Shown piece by piece: positions 1 to 8,119 of a DNA stretch of 35,230 nucleotides. The notes under the pieces are model-generated. The model had not been told where the DNA came from. It made no database searches and worked only from the letters and a program-made list of their open reading frames with translations. Each line of letters begins with the position of its first letter. Positions within the stretch are counted from its first letter, which is position 1. Position numbers and translations under genes: made by a program. The stretch spans positions 1 through 35,230 of the forward strand of contig JBHHYI010000025.1 of assembly GCA_046757525.1 (NCBI GenBank), in the 5' to 3' direction. This stretch comes from a bacterium (lineage in GTDB: Bacteria > Zhuqueibacterota > Zhuqueibacteria > Oceanimicrobiales > Oceanimicrobiaceae).

Positions 1-145
1 TGATGTCTTTTCCTGCGTAGTAAAATATCTGCTGCGATTTCTTTACGATTTCCTCCCCCGATAACTTTCCCTGAGCCGTTACCCATCTTAAGCTTCCAAG
101 CATAACAATGGTAACCAATAATGAAATATATTTTTCCTTGAACAT
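1..145 (-). CDS. Outer-membrane lipoprotein-sorting (LolA-like) protein, 5' part only (runs off window)
   Basis: Not in the ORF track. Manual translation from ATG at 145 (SD GGAGG at 151-155) gives MFKEKYISLLVTIVMLGSLRWVTAQGKLSGEEIVKKSQQIFYYAGKDI. This is a signal peptide plus an 'EEIVKK...YYAG.D' start typical of LolA-like proteins encoded downstream of MMPL transporters. Confidence 0.65.
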   Translation of the reverse strand, partial: MFKEKYISLLVTIVMLGSLRWVTAQGKLSGEEIVKKSQQIFYYAGKDI

Positions 146-274
146 CAATTCCTCCATTTTGTTTTTGAATATTTCAAAGATGCAGAGAACCTTAGAAAAT
201 ACTCTTAAGGGCTTTGCGCCTTGGCGTGAAAAATCAGTTCAGATTTACGCACTACGCTCTCACGGTTCGCAGAT

Positions 275-530
275 TTACACTTTCTGTGAAACTCCGTGTT
301 TTTCCGTGGTCAACTGATTCTTTTTCATCAATCGAAACCCCACTACTCGCATCAGAGCTGGCAGCAACAACAGTGTGGTCAGGGCGCTGAAGGTCATGAG
401 CATGGCAAAAAACGCCCCAACCGTAACATACGGCCCCAGGCTGGCCAGCACCAGCGGGATAAATCCTAAGATGATCACAAAGGCGTTACGCAAAATCGCT
501 CGCGTGCTGGCATATAGCTGTTGGTGCGGC
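275..530 (-). pseudogene. Orphan duplicate of the 3' end of the MMPL/RND gene
   Basis: 321..490 matches 1804..1973 at 161/170 nt (411..490 is identical). Similarity decays upstream (491..530) with an indel. There is no promoter or real start. Confidence 0.9.
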
Positions 531-544
531 CTTAGTGCCTTGGA

Positions 545-1387
545 TTAGTTGATCTGTGGCTTTATCGCTGTAAATTTAATGCTTACCACTTTCCCCTGCA
601 CCCCAGCAAGATCTTCCGTTGCAGGGGCAGGGGTAAATTCCGGCCCTGGACAACAGGCCATGGCTTCCAGTTCCTTCGGGGGTAATGGATGATAGGCCAC
701 GACCTCATCCTTTCTAAAGCCGGCCTTCCGGAGTATCGCGAAATAACTATGCTTCTCTATCGCTCCGCCCACACATCCTGCCCAGGTTGATTGGAAGCGC
801 TCTTGCACCTGAGGATCGATCTTTTCTGTATAGACAATATCAGAAATGGCCAGACGCCCACCGGGTTTCAGGATACGAAAGGCTTCACGATACACCGCTT
901 CCTTATCAGGGCACAGGTTGATGACGCAATTGGACATCACCACATCGGCAAAACCATCTGGAAGCTCAAGCCGCTCCAGGTCGTCAACACGAAGCTCGAC
1001 CGTCTCTGTCAAGCCCGCCTCAGCCACGGCCTGCTTGGCACGCTCAATCATCTGGGGGGCGCCATCCACTCCAACCACTTTTCCACCAGGCCCTATCTTG
1101 TGAGCAGCAAGAATAACATCTATCCCTGCGCCGCAACCAAAATCCACAACTACTTCGCCGGGTTGAAGATCGGCGAAACCAGTAGGGTTACCGCAACCCT
1201 TTGAAAGGTTTAGAGCGATTTCCGGGACCAGCGAGAGTTCTTCCTGCCCATAAAGGCCGTGTTCAGCCGCAAAGCTCGAACTTGTGGGAGCCTCACCGGG
1301 ACAACAACAGGACTCCTTCCCGCCGCCAATCTCAGCGCATTGGCCGTAGCGACCTTTGACAACTTGTTTGATTTCCTCGATTTTCAT
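545..1387 (-). CDS. arsM: Arsenite S-adenosylmethionine methyltransferase-like protein (ArsM/AS3MT family)
   Basis: SAM motif DFGCGAGID and conserved Cys motifs GCGNP, SNCVINL, WAGCVGGA, plus N-terminal CCC and C-terminal CCPG. Start placed at ATG 1387 because the track's GTG (1396) lies inside the SD GGAGGTG. Confidence 0.8.
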   Translation of the reverse strand: MKIEEIKQVVKGRYGQCAEIGGGKESCCCPGEAPTSSSFAAEHGLYGQEELSLVPEIALNLSKGCGNPTGFADLQPGEVVVDFGCGAGIDVILAAHKIGPGGKVVGVDGAPQMIERAKQAVAEAGLTETVELRVDDLERLELPDGFADVVMSNCVINLCPDKEAVYREAFRILKPGGRLAISDIVYTEKIDPQVQERFQSTWAGCVGGAIEKHSYFAILRKAGFRKDEVVAYHPLPPKELEAMACCPGPEFTPAPATEDLAGVQGKVVSIKFTAIKPQIN

Positions 1388-1406
1388 ATTTTTCACCTCC
1401 TTCTCT

Positions 1407-1538
1407 TCAATCCTTTTCTTTCATTTCTTTTCCGCAGCAGGTGAGGGTAGGGCATTTCGGATCGGGGACAGGTTTTTCGATTGCTTTGACCTCAGCCCCT
1501 CACATCTCACATATATACGTTTTGCCTTCTTTGGCTAT
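1407..1538 (-). CDS. Desulforedoxin-like small Fe-(Cys)4 protein with in-frame TGA (candidate selenoprotein; alternatively a pseudogene)
   Basis: Manual translation: (I/M)AKEGKTYICEM[TGA]GAEVKAIEKPVPDPKCPTLTCCGKEMKEKD*. It matches the desulforedoxin pattern Y-x-C-x-x-C-G...L-x-C-C-G-x-x-M. SD AAGGAGGTG lies 7 nt before an ATA codon at 1538; the TGA is at 1500-1502. Confidence 0.7.
1464..1499 (-). promoter_or_regulatory. Candidate bacterial SECIS-like hairpin immediately 3' of the in-frame UGA
   Basis: GGGGC(1499-1495)/GUCCC(1469-1465) and AGGU(1492-1489)/ACCU(1473-1470) stems with a UG bulge and a 15-nt loop. Folded by eye only. Confidence 0.4.
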
Positions 1539-1799
1539 TGTTAAACACCTCCTTCGTTTTGGATTAAATGTCTTTAGCCGCACAGACCGCCGGGATGAAG
1601 CGCAGCGCACATTCAGTTGGCCGATCTGCTCATCGCTGAGAGTGGTAATACGTTGCATTTAAATACAAGATTGGGTAAGAGAGCCTATTGTTGAGTTGCT
1701 TATCATTTCCATTTTCTCTATTTTGTATTCTTAATGACTTTCGGAATCATGAATCATTAAAATTCTCTTTTCATTCGATGTGTGTCTTTGATGTTACGT

Positions 1800-4097
1800 T
1801 CATTTTTTCACAAATCGAAATCCCACAACTCGCATCAAAGCTGGCAGCAACAACAAGGTTGTCAGGGCGCTGAAGGTCATGAGCATGGCAAAGAACGCCC
1901 CAACCGTAACATACGGCCCCAGGCTGGCCAGCACCAGCGGGATAAATCCTAAGATGATCACAAAGGCGTTACGAGAAATAGCCCGCGCCGGCTCTTGAAA
2001 GATATAGCGATTCGTGGCCTCGATATCACCGCTTTCTCCACACTTGCGCCGGAATCGCTGGATGAAGTGAATGGCAAAATCAATCGAGAGACCAAGAGCC
2101 AGCGACGAGCATACCGCAATGGGCATGTCATAATCTTTCCCGATAAATCCAATTAAACCGTAAGAAAGCACAATCGCAAAGGTCAGGGGCATCATCGAGA
2201 TAAAAGCCAGCCCTGGTGAACGAAATAAAATGAGCATCAAAATAAACACGGCGGCGAACCCTCCCAACACCGCCTTCAGCATGCCCTTGACCATCAAATC
2301 CTGCCAGACCTTGTTGATGTACGTGAGGCCGGACCAGCGAATTTTAATCCCTTCTGGAGCGTCAGTAGTCCTGATGTATTGTTGTACGGCTCCTTCAACC
2401 CGTTCCATATCCCGGTTGTCGCCGCGCTTCATTTGCACCCAGATGTTGGCCTTCTGGTAGTCGTAATCCACAAAGTTGTCGAGGTCGTTGGGGTCGCCGG
2501 ACATAAGAAATAGAAACAGGTACTGACCGATTTCCTCCTGACTTTTGGGAATCACACCCTGAGCGTCCCCGTCACCTTTGAGGACGTGCTCAACACGCTT
2601 CACGATATCTGCCACTGAGGAAGTTTTCCCTACCACATCTTGTTCTTTCAAATATTTCTGCAACTCACTGATGTAGGCCATCACTTCAGGGCGTTTGATG
2701 TCGTCAGGCTGCCCGCCCTCGACGGACAAGTAAGCCATGTAAGTGCCACCGAAACGGGCATTCATCACACGGTCGGCGACGCGAATTTTGTGGTTCTTGT
2801 TAAACCAATTTACCGGGTTATCATTCACCACAATCTTCGTGAGGCCCCAGATTCCGACAGCCAAAAGAACCACGGCGCCTAACACTACGGTCCGACTTTG
2901 AGCAAAAGCAAAACGGCCTAACGCTGGCAGAAACTGAGCCAGGACCGGCGGTTTTGTTTTTCGTCTGGCAATTTTGGTTGTAAGCTTTTCTTCTCGAATC
3001 ATCATAATGGAGGCCGGGATAGAGGTCACGGTTAGAAGCCAGGCCGCCATGACACCAAAAGCGACAAAAGCACCAAACACGCGCACCGGTGGAATATCCG
3101 CCAACGTTAGCGATGCAAAACCCACGGCGGTAGTAATCGAAGTGTAGAACATGGGCGTAAAAAGTTCATCCGTCACCGCCATCAGCGTCCGTTTGCGGTC
3201 ACGCAGAGTCGGGTAGCGATCGTTAAATTCACTCAAAATATGCACGGAATCGAGTACCGCGATGGGCATGAGAAAGATGGGAATCATGGAGCTCATGATG
3301 TGTACGGTAAAGCCAAGGCCAATCAGTGCGCCCATACCCCAGGCCACGCTGAACATGGCGACAATCATCGGCGAAACGATCAGAGAGAGTTTGCGAAACA
3401 ACACGAACATGAGCACAAAGATCACCAGGCCGATCAGTGGAGCCAGGATGCCCATTTGCACAAACATCTCGAAGCCGAAGGTGTCCTCCGCCACGGGCAG
3501 ACCCGCAATGTAGTAGTTTTGACCCTCACCCAACTCGCTTTGTGTGATCGACTCTATTTCTTTTGAAATGCGGTAGCTCATATCTTTCTGCTGAATCGGA
3601 ATATAAAGGGCTACGGCGTCCCCGTTCTTAGAGACGATCTTCTCCACAAAAAGTGGGTTGTCGTAAACACTGGCCTTGATGCTTGCGACTTCTTTTTCTG
3701 TTTTGGGCGCGGCCTCCATGATACGGCGCACCTGCATGGTGCCGTCTTTGGAAGTGACATTGTCCGTAGTGGTGAAGCTGATAACGTCCTCGACAATAAC
3801 CCCATCGATTTTCAAGATTTCATCGGTGATGCGGGCGATCTTAGCCAGAGTCTCCGGGCGAAAGATACCATCCTTGTCCGTGATGCCCAGCACGATCAGG
3901 TCCCGGATACCGAAGTCCTTTTTGATCTGATCATAAAAGACTCGATCGGGTTGATGGGCCTCCAGCATGTTTTCCGGGTCGGTGTCGATGTGGGCTTTTG
4001 GAAACTGAAATAGAAACAAGCCGGTAAGAATTAAGGTCAGAATAATCACCAGCTTTGGGTGATCCATCGAAAAATAGATTAGCCGCTTCAGTGTCAT
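1800..4097 (-). CDS. MMPL/RND-family transporter (SSD-type, two repeats)
   Basis: 765 aa with two repeats of TM plus periplasmic domain plus multi-TM block. Motifs IAVLDSVHILSEF and GLSIDFAIHF; SD GAGGAG upstream. Confidence 0.9.
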   Translation of the reverse strand: MTLKRLIYFSMDHPKLVIILTLILTGLFLFQFPKAHIDTDPENMLEAHQPDRVFYDQIKKDFGIRDLIVLGITDKDGIFRPETLAKIARITDEILKIDGVIVEDVISFTTTDNVTSKDGTMQVRRIMEAAPKTEKEVASIKASVYDNPLFVEKIVSKNGDAVALYIPIQQKDMSYRISKEIESITQSELGEGQNYYIAGLPVAEDTFGFEMFVQMGILAPLIGLVIFVLMFVLFRKLSLIVSPMIVAMFSVAWGMGALIGLGFTVHIMSSMIPIFLMPIAVLDSVHILSEFNDRYPTLRDRKRTLMAVTDELFTPMFYTSITTAVGFASLTLADIPPVRVFGAFVAFGVMAAWLLTVTSIPASIMMIREEKLTTKIARRKTKPPVLAQFLPALGRFAFAQSRTVVLGAVVLLAVGIWGLTKIVVNDNPVNWFNKNHKIRVADRVMNARFGGTYMAYLSVEGGQPDDIKRPEVMAYISELQKYLKEQDVVGKTSSVADIVKRVEHVLKGDGDAQGVIPKSQEEIGQYLFLFLMSGDPNDLDNFVDYDYQKANIWVQMKRGDNRDMERVEGAVQQYIRTTDAPEGIKIRWSGLTYINKVWQDLMVKGMLKAVLGGFAAVFILMLILFRSPGLAFISMMPLTFAIVLSYGLIGFIGKDYDMPIAVCSSLALGLSIDFAIHFIQRFRRKCGESGDIEATNRYIFQEPARAISRNAFVIILGFIPLVLASLGPYVTVGAFFAMLMTFSALTTLLLLPALMRVVGFRFVKK

Positions 4098-4171
4098 TGA
4101 TTTTCTTCTCCTCTTAAACGCTGGCCTTCTTGTAGAAAGTTAGGATTTGATTCAACATAACAAGACACCAA

Positions 4172-4195
4172 CCCTTCGACAGGCTCAGCGCAGGC
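4172..4195. repeat. REP-like element CCCTTCGACAGGCTCAG
   Basis: Sequence cccttcgacaggctcagcgcaggc in the ArsR-MMPL spacer resembles a widespread intergenic REP-type motif. Single copy in this window. Confidence 0.45.
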
Positions 4196-4237
4196 TCTTT
4201 TGGAAAAAGGTCAGCGGCATAGGTGTGTTAATTGACC

Positions 4238-4900
4238 TCAGATCTCCTCCACCGGCAGCCCGGCTTCTTTCCACTCCGGCAAGCCTTCCTTCAAGCGTAC
4301 AGCTTCATAACCGGCGTCTCTCAGGATCTTCATGGCCTCTGCAGAAAGCACACAATATGGCCCGCGACAGTAGGCGACAACTTCGCGGTTTTGTGGAATT
4401 TCATCCAGTCTTTTTTTGAGCTGGGAGAGTGGGATGGACAGCGCGCCGGGGATGTGACCCTTTGCATATTCTTCCGCAGGGCGCACGTCGAGAACAATCA
4501 CGCCGTCTTCCTCAATTCGCTTTGAGAGCTCGTCTTTAGAAATGGGCTCCATGCCATCGCGTTTTTCAAAGAAAAGGCGCACCACTTCCCGGATTTCCGT
4601 ACTGCGCTTCTCTGCAAGGACTTGTAGGTGCTTGTAGCAATTCAAAACTTCGGAGTCAGCCAGCCGATAAATGACCTGCACACCCGCTTTGCGGTTTTCA
4701 ACCAAGCGGGCCGCCTTCAGCGTTTGTAAATGGCGCGAAGTGTTGGCCACGGTCATTTGCACCTGTTTGGAAAGGGAATCTACATCTCGCTCGCCTTGCG
4801 CGAGGATGTCGATGATTTCCAGCCGCTTGGGACTGGAGAAGGCGTGGGCTATCTTCGCAAACTGCTCAAAGACGGTGTCTTTGAATTCTCTTCCGGTCAT
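4238..4900 (-). CDS. ArsR/SmtB-family regulator fused to a rhodanese domain
   Basis: N-terminal wHTH (SPKRLEIIDIL...ANTSRHLQTL). C-terminal rhodanese domain (LDVRPAEEYAKGHIPGA, active loop YCRGPYC, GLPEW). Confidence 0.92.
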   Translation of the reverse strand: MTGREFKDTVFEQFAKIAHAFSSPKRLEIIDILAQGERDVDSLSKQVQMTVANTSRHLQTLKAARLVENRKAGVQVIYRLADSEVLNCYKHLQVLAEKRSTEIREVVRLFFEKRDGMEPISKDELSKRIEEDGVIVLDVRPAEEYAKGHIPGALSIPLSQLKKRLDEIPQNREVVAYCRGPYCVLSAEAMKILRDAGYEAVRLKEGLPEWKEAGLPVEEI

Positions 4901-4930
4901 CGGAAGCTCCTTATTGAATGGATCGTATTA

Positions 4931-4974
4931 TCAATTCATCAATTGAATATATGACAAAACTCGGCAAAAGTCAA
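4931..4974 (-). promoter_or_regulatory. Sigma70-type promoter with overlapping palindromic operator (likely ArsR-rhodanese autoregulation)
   Basis: Minus strand TTGACT(4974-4969)-17 nt-TATATT(4951-4946). A perfect TCAATT-N4-AATTGA palindrome at 4931-4946 overlaps the -10/+1 region. Confidence 0.65.
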
Positions 4975-5066
4975 GGGGAAAATGAAAAAACAGGCAACAC
5001 GCAGGTCTTAAGATACCGGAAGATTGGATTGAACTTGGTAGGGCCGGTTGATCCGGGAAGGTAATC

Positions 5067-5657
5067 TCACCAGGCGTGAGATTTTGCCAGACCAGCGAGC
5101 AAGTGGTGGGTTACTCTGGCCGTCAGTCCCCAGAGGGTGGCCTCGCAGGCTGTTTTATCTGAGCGGTAGCGGAAATTTAGATACCTGACCTGGTCCGGGT
5201 TCTGAGAATCCAAATCAGGCCGGAATTGTTGCACCAGGCTCTTCAAAGGAATCTCCACGACTTCGGCCACTTCAAATGGGTTGGGTTTGTACTCCAACGG
5301 TTGGGCACTCCAGGCGACGTGGGCGGCGGCATCATAGCGGGAGGTGAGCGTTTCAAAATAGCCAAGGTTTCCCAGATAGGAATATCGATCCTCAGCAACG
5401 CCAATTTCTTCGCAGGTTTCGCGGACCGCGGCTGCATAACTGGAAGCATCCGTGGGGTCGATCTTGCCGCCGGGAAACGCCATGTGGCCGCTGTGCAGAT
5501 GCAACCCTCTGGTCCGGCGTATGTAGACGATGTGGGTCCCTCCTTTCAGATTTACAAATATGACCAGTACCGCCGCCGGGACATAGCCTGGCATGGGCTC
5601 AGCTCTCTTGGGGATGTGTTCGAAGCTTGCCTGGATTTGCGCAGGATTTAGTTGCAT
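5067..5657 (-). CDS. Nudix hydrolase, CoA pyrophosphatase (NudL/PCD1-like)
   Basis: AAVLV...HSGHMAFPGGKID...AAVRETCEEIG Nudix box and C-terminal LWGLTA. Confidence 0.88.
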   Translation of the reverse strand: MQLNPAQIQASFEHIPKRAEPMPGYVPAAVLVIFVNLKGGTHIVYIRRTRGLHLHSGHMAFPGGKIDPTDASSYAAAVRETCEEIGVAEDRYSYLGNLGYFETLTSRYDAAAHVAWSAQPLEYKPNPFEVAEVVEIPLKSLVQQFRPDLDSQNPDQVRYLNFRYRSDKTACEATLWGLTARVTHHLLAGLAKSHAW

Positions 5658-5664
5658 TCGGGCT

Positions 5665-6861
5665 TTAAAGCGCTGCAGGTTTTACATCCAAACTTTTTTG
5701 CGTCGCAAGAAAATCAGGTTTTGCTTTCAGTTTGTGTTTCTCAAAAATTTCCTGATAACAGCTTTGGTTCTGCACGAGTTCATTTAAGGTCGTGTTGTAT
5801 CCGTGATTCAAGATCAACTTGCGGGAATCGAACTCCATGAGCCCGTGCAAGAATAACATAGGGTCGCTGCGTTTTGGTTGAATGATGATGAAATCGACAT
5901 CTGGATGCTCCTTTTTGAAACGTGCAAACCCCAAGTCAAATCGACATTTTGTTTCGATTCGACGGGCCTGGTCGTTGATTAGTCCGATGCCTTTTTCCTT
6001 CAATCTGCCACACTGGCCGTCAAAAGTTGGCAGGCAAATTTTGCTCGGATCGTTTTCAAATGGCATGGTAGGGTTGATGATGATGATCAGTTTGGCCCCG
6101 TGCTTCAGCGCCACGTCCATGTGCGAGACCTGGCTGGTAGAACCATCGATGAAATCATGCCCATTAATTCTAAACGGACGAAAAAATATGGGAATGGCTG
6201 CGGAGGCAGCCACGGCTTTTGAAATCGGCACGGTGTTGGTGTCTTCTTCACCGAAAACCCAGCGTTTGCCCGTGTCCAGTTCTGTTGCCGGGATGTACAA
6301 TTCTTTCTTCAGGTTCCTGAAATCATTGGTCTTGCCTTCTGGATAAAAGAGACAAGTCATAAACTTGTCCAGATTCTTCAATGAGAAAATGCCCGGCGGA
6401 ATGAATTCCTGCAATATGGCGAGCAGATCCATGAATGAGGCTTGCTTGCGATTCTTCCAGCCATAAAGCATCAGTTTCGGCAATTTCAAGAACAAAGGGG
6501 CCAAAGACTTGAATACTTCTGACCATTTGAGGTTGTAGATATCCTTGCGCCTGAAGTTCAAACTGGAACCGGATTCCTCACCGATCCCTTCGAATATTTC
6601 GCGAGGCGTGTAGCCATTTGCCACGATGGCGGAAACGATGGCACCGGCACTGGTGCCCACAAAGATATCGAATTCGTTCACGCCACAGGAGTCTTGCAGA
6701 AAATCTTCCAGAGCAGCCAGGCAACCGATTTCATACATAGCGCCGGTGATTCCCCCGCCTGCTAAACAAACCGCTATTTTGTTGGTGCGTTTGCCGCTAT
6801 GCAGCGGTTTAGCCATGGTCCGCAATTGGTTTTTTATTTTGTCGAAAGCGTATGTTACCAT
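5665..6861 (-). CDS. Patatin-like phospholipase
   Basis: LAGGGITG oxyanion loop, GTSAG nucleophile, ASAAIP and FIDGS motifs. Confidence 0.88.
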   Translation of the reverse strand: MVTYAFDKIKNQLRTMAKPLHSGKRTNKIAVCLAGGGITGAMYEIGCLAALEDFLQDSCGVNEFDIFVGTSAGAIVSAIVANGYTPREIFEGIGEESGSSLNFRRKDIYNLKWSEVFKSLAPLFLKLPKLMLYGWKNRKQASFMDLLAILQEFIPPGIFSLKNLDKFMTCLFYPEGKTNDFRNLKKELYIPATELDTGKRWVFGEEDTNTVPISKAVAASAAIPIFFRPFRINGHDFIDGSTSQVSHMDVALKHGAKLIIIINPTMPFENDPSKICLPTFDGQCGRLKEKGIGLINDQARRIETKCRFDLGFARFKKEHPDVDFIIIQPKRSDPMLFLHGLMEFDSRKLILNHGYNTTLNELVQNQSCYQEIFEKHKLKAKPDFLATQKSLDVKPAAL

Positions 6862-6969
6862 GTAATTCTCTTATAAAACAATCCCTTAACTAAAACGCAT
6901 AGTCGGGTTGCAATTCTTCCAGGAATATTGAGCCGGGGACTCATTTGAGCATAATTTCAAAAAGGGGCA

Positions 6970-7881
6970 TCATGCGGACTTGACCTCGCTCATTCTGAGG
7001 GTGCGGTCGAAGAAAGCTACGACCTCTTCGGCGTATCGGGGATCTTCCACCAGGTCAGCGTGATTCTTGCCGGCAAGGAGGCATTTCTCGGCGCGCTGTG
7101 CCTTTTGGTAGAGTTTATCTGCCTGGTCCGGTGTGACTACCCGGTCCTCCTCCCCATGCAACAACAACACGGGAATGGAAATATTGCCAATATGGTCCAC
7201 CGGGTTGATCTCAGACATAGGCGATCCCAACCAACGCTCCCAGAAGTTTTGAATAAGGTAACGAAAAGGAAAGGCCGGCAGCCTTCTCCAGCGCAGCATT
7301 TGGGCAGTCAAGTGGGCAAAATCAGCGAAACCAGAACTGCTGACAACCGCCTGAACGCGATCGTCCTGGCTGGCAGCTAAAATCGAAACGGCTGCCCCCA
7401 TGGAATGCCCGAATAGTCCTATTCGCATCGTTTTAGATTTAGCGTGCTCAAGAGCAAAGTTGATCAGAGATCGCAAATCTTCAACGACTTCTTTCATACT
7501 GATGAGTTCCAATGGCTCGTTGTCGCCGTGACCACGGATGTCGAACAGGATCACGTTAAATCCGGCTTGGTGGAGAAAAAGCGCAGATGGCAGCATTTGT
7601 TGTGCGTTGCTGCCCCAGCCGTGGGTCATTATTATTGTCGGCACATCTTGCCCATTGGTTAACCGTTCTGGGGGTGCAAGAATATACCAGCCGTGCAACG
7701 AGTGACCACTCCGGTTAAGAGTGAACGCTTCGTAATCGAGGTCAAGGTCAGCGGGTGTTTTCGAATTCGGCGTTTTGGGCGGCACCAAACTCGTGTGTGC
7801 AATGTACCAGGAGATGCCGACTACAAAAATAAAAATGACCAGCAAGACCGGCAGTAAGACCAGTAGAATTTGTACGAACAT
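6970..7881 (-). CDS. Membrane-anchored alpha/beta hydrolase
   Basis: N-terminal TM helix, HGWG, GHSMG nucleophile, HGEED and NHAD. Start placed at ATG 7881 behind SD AAGGAG. Confidence 0.85.
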   Translation of the reverse strand: MFVQILLVLLPVLLVIFIFVVGISWYIAHTSLVPPKTPNSKTPADLDLDYEAFTLNRSGHSLHGWYILAPPERLTNGQDVPTIIMTHGWGSNAQQMLPSALFLHQAGFNVILFDIRGHGDNEPLELISMKEVVEDLRSLINFALEHAKSKTMRIGLFGHSMGAAVSILAASQDDRVQAVVSSSGFADFAHLTAQMLRWRRLPAFPFRYLIQNFWERWLGSPMSEINPVDHIGNISIPVLLLHGEEDRVVTPDQADKLYQKAQRAEKCLLAGKNHADLVEDPRYAEEVVAFFDRTLRMSEVKSA

Positions 7882-7894
7882 GTCTCCTTGATTT

Positions 7895-8119
7895 TTCAAT
7901 TAAACACCAGAGGACACCGAAGACCACCGAGTTTTTCTGGTTTTTGGCCAGCGGGTCTGTTTGATTCTTTCGGTGCTTTCGGCGTCGTTCAGCGTTTTAT
8001 TTTTCCTTGTCAATTCAACACCGAAGGGCACTGAGGAACATCGAATGCTTGTGGTTTTTCACCAGACGGCTTGTTTGATTTTCTTCGGTGTCATTCAGTG
8101 CGCTTCAGTGTTTCATTTT
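7895..8119. repeat. Two tandem ~115 bp imperfect hairpin repeats built from 9-10 bp-period CACCGAA/TTCGGTG units
   Basis: Copy 1 ~7902-8004 and copy 2 ~8016-8119. Each has three CAC(C/T)GA(A/G)-like units, a shared spacer (ggtttt..ccag..gg..tgtttgatt) and three complementary TTC(G/A)G(T/C)G units. Confidence 0.8.

Noticed and set aside
275..493. 72-aa ORF as an independent membrane protein gene
   Set aside because: It is the duplicated MMPL 3' end. The TTG start is an internal codon with no SD.
1576..1630. Imperfect hairpin (cagaccgcc...ggccgatctg) reminiscent of an integron attC site upstream of the cassette
   Set aside because: No proper RYYYAAC/GTTRRRY boxes or spacing, no second site and no integrase in the window.
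7895..8119. Possible CRISPR array
   Set aside because: Only two degenerate units with similar rather than unique spacers, and no cas genes.
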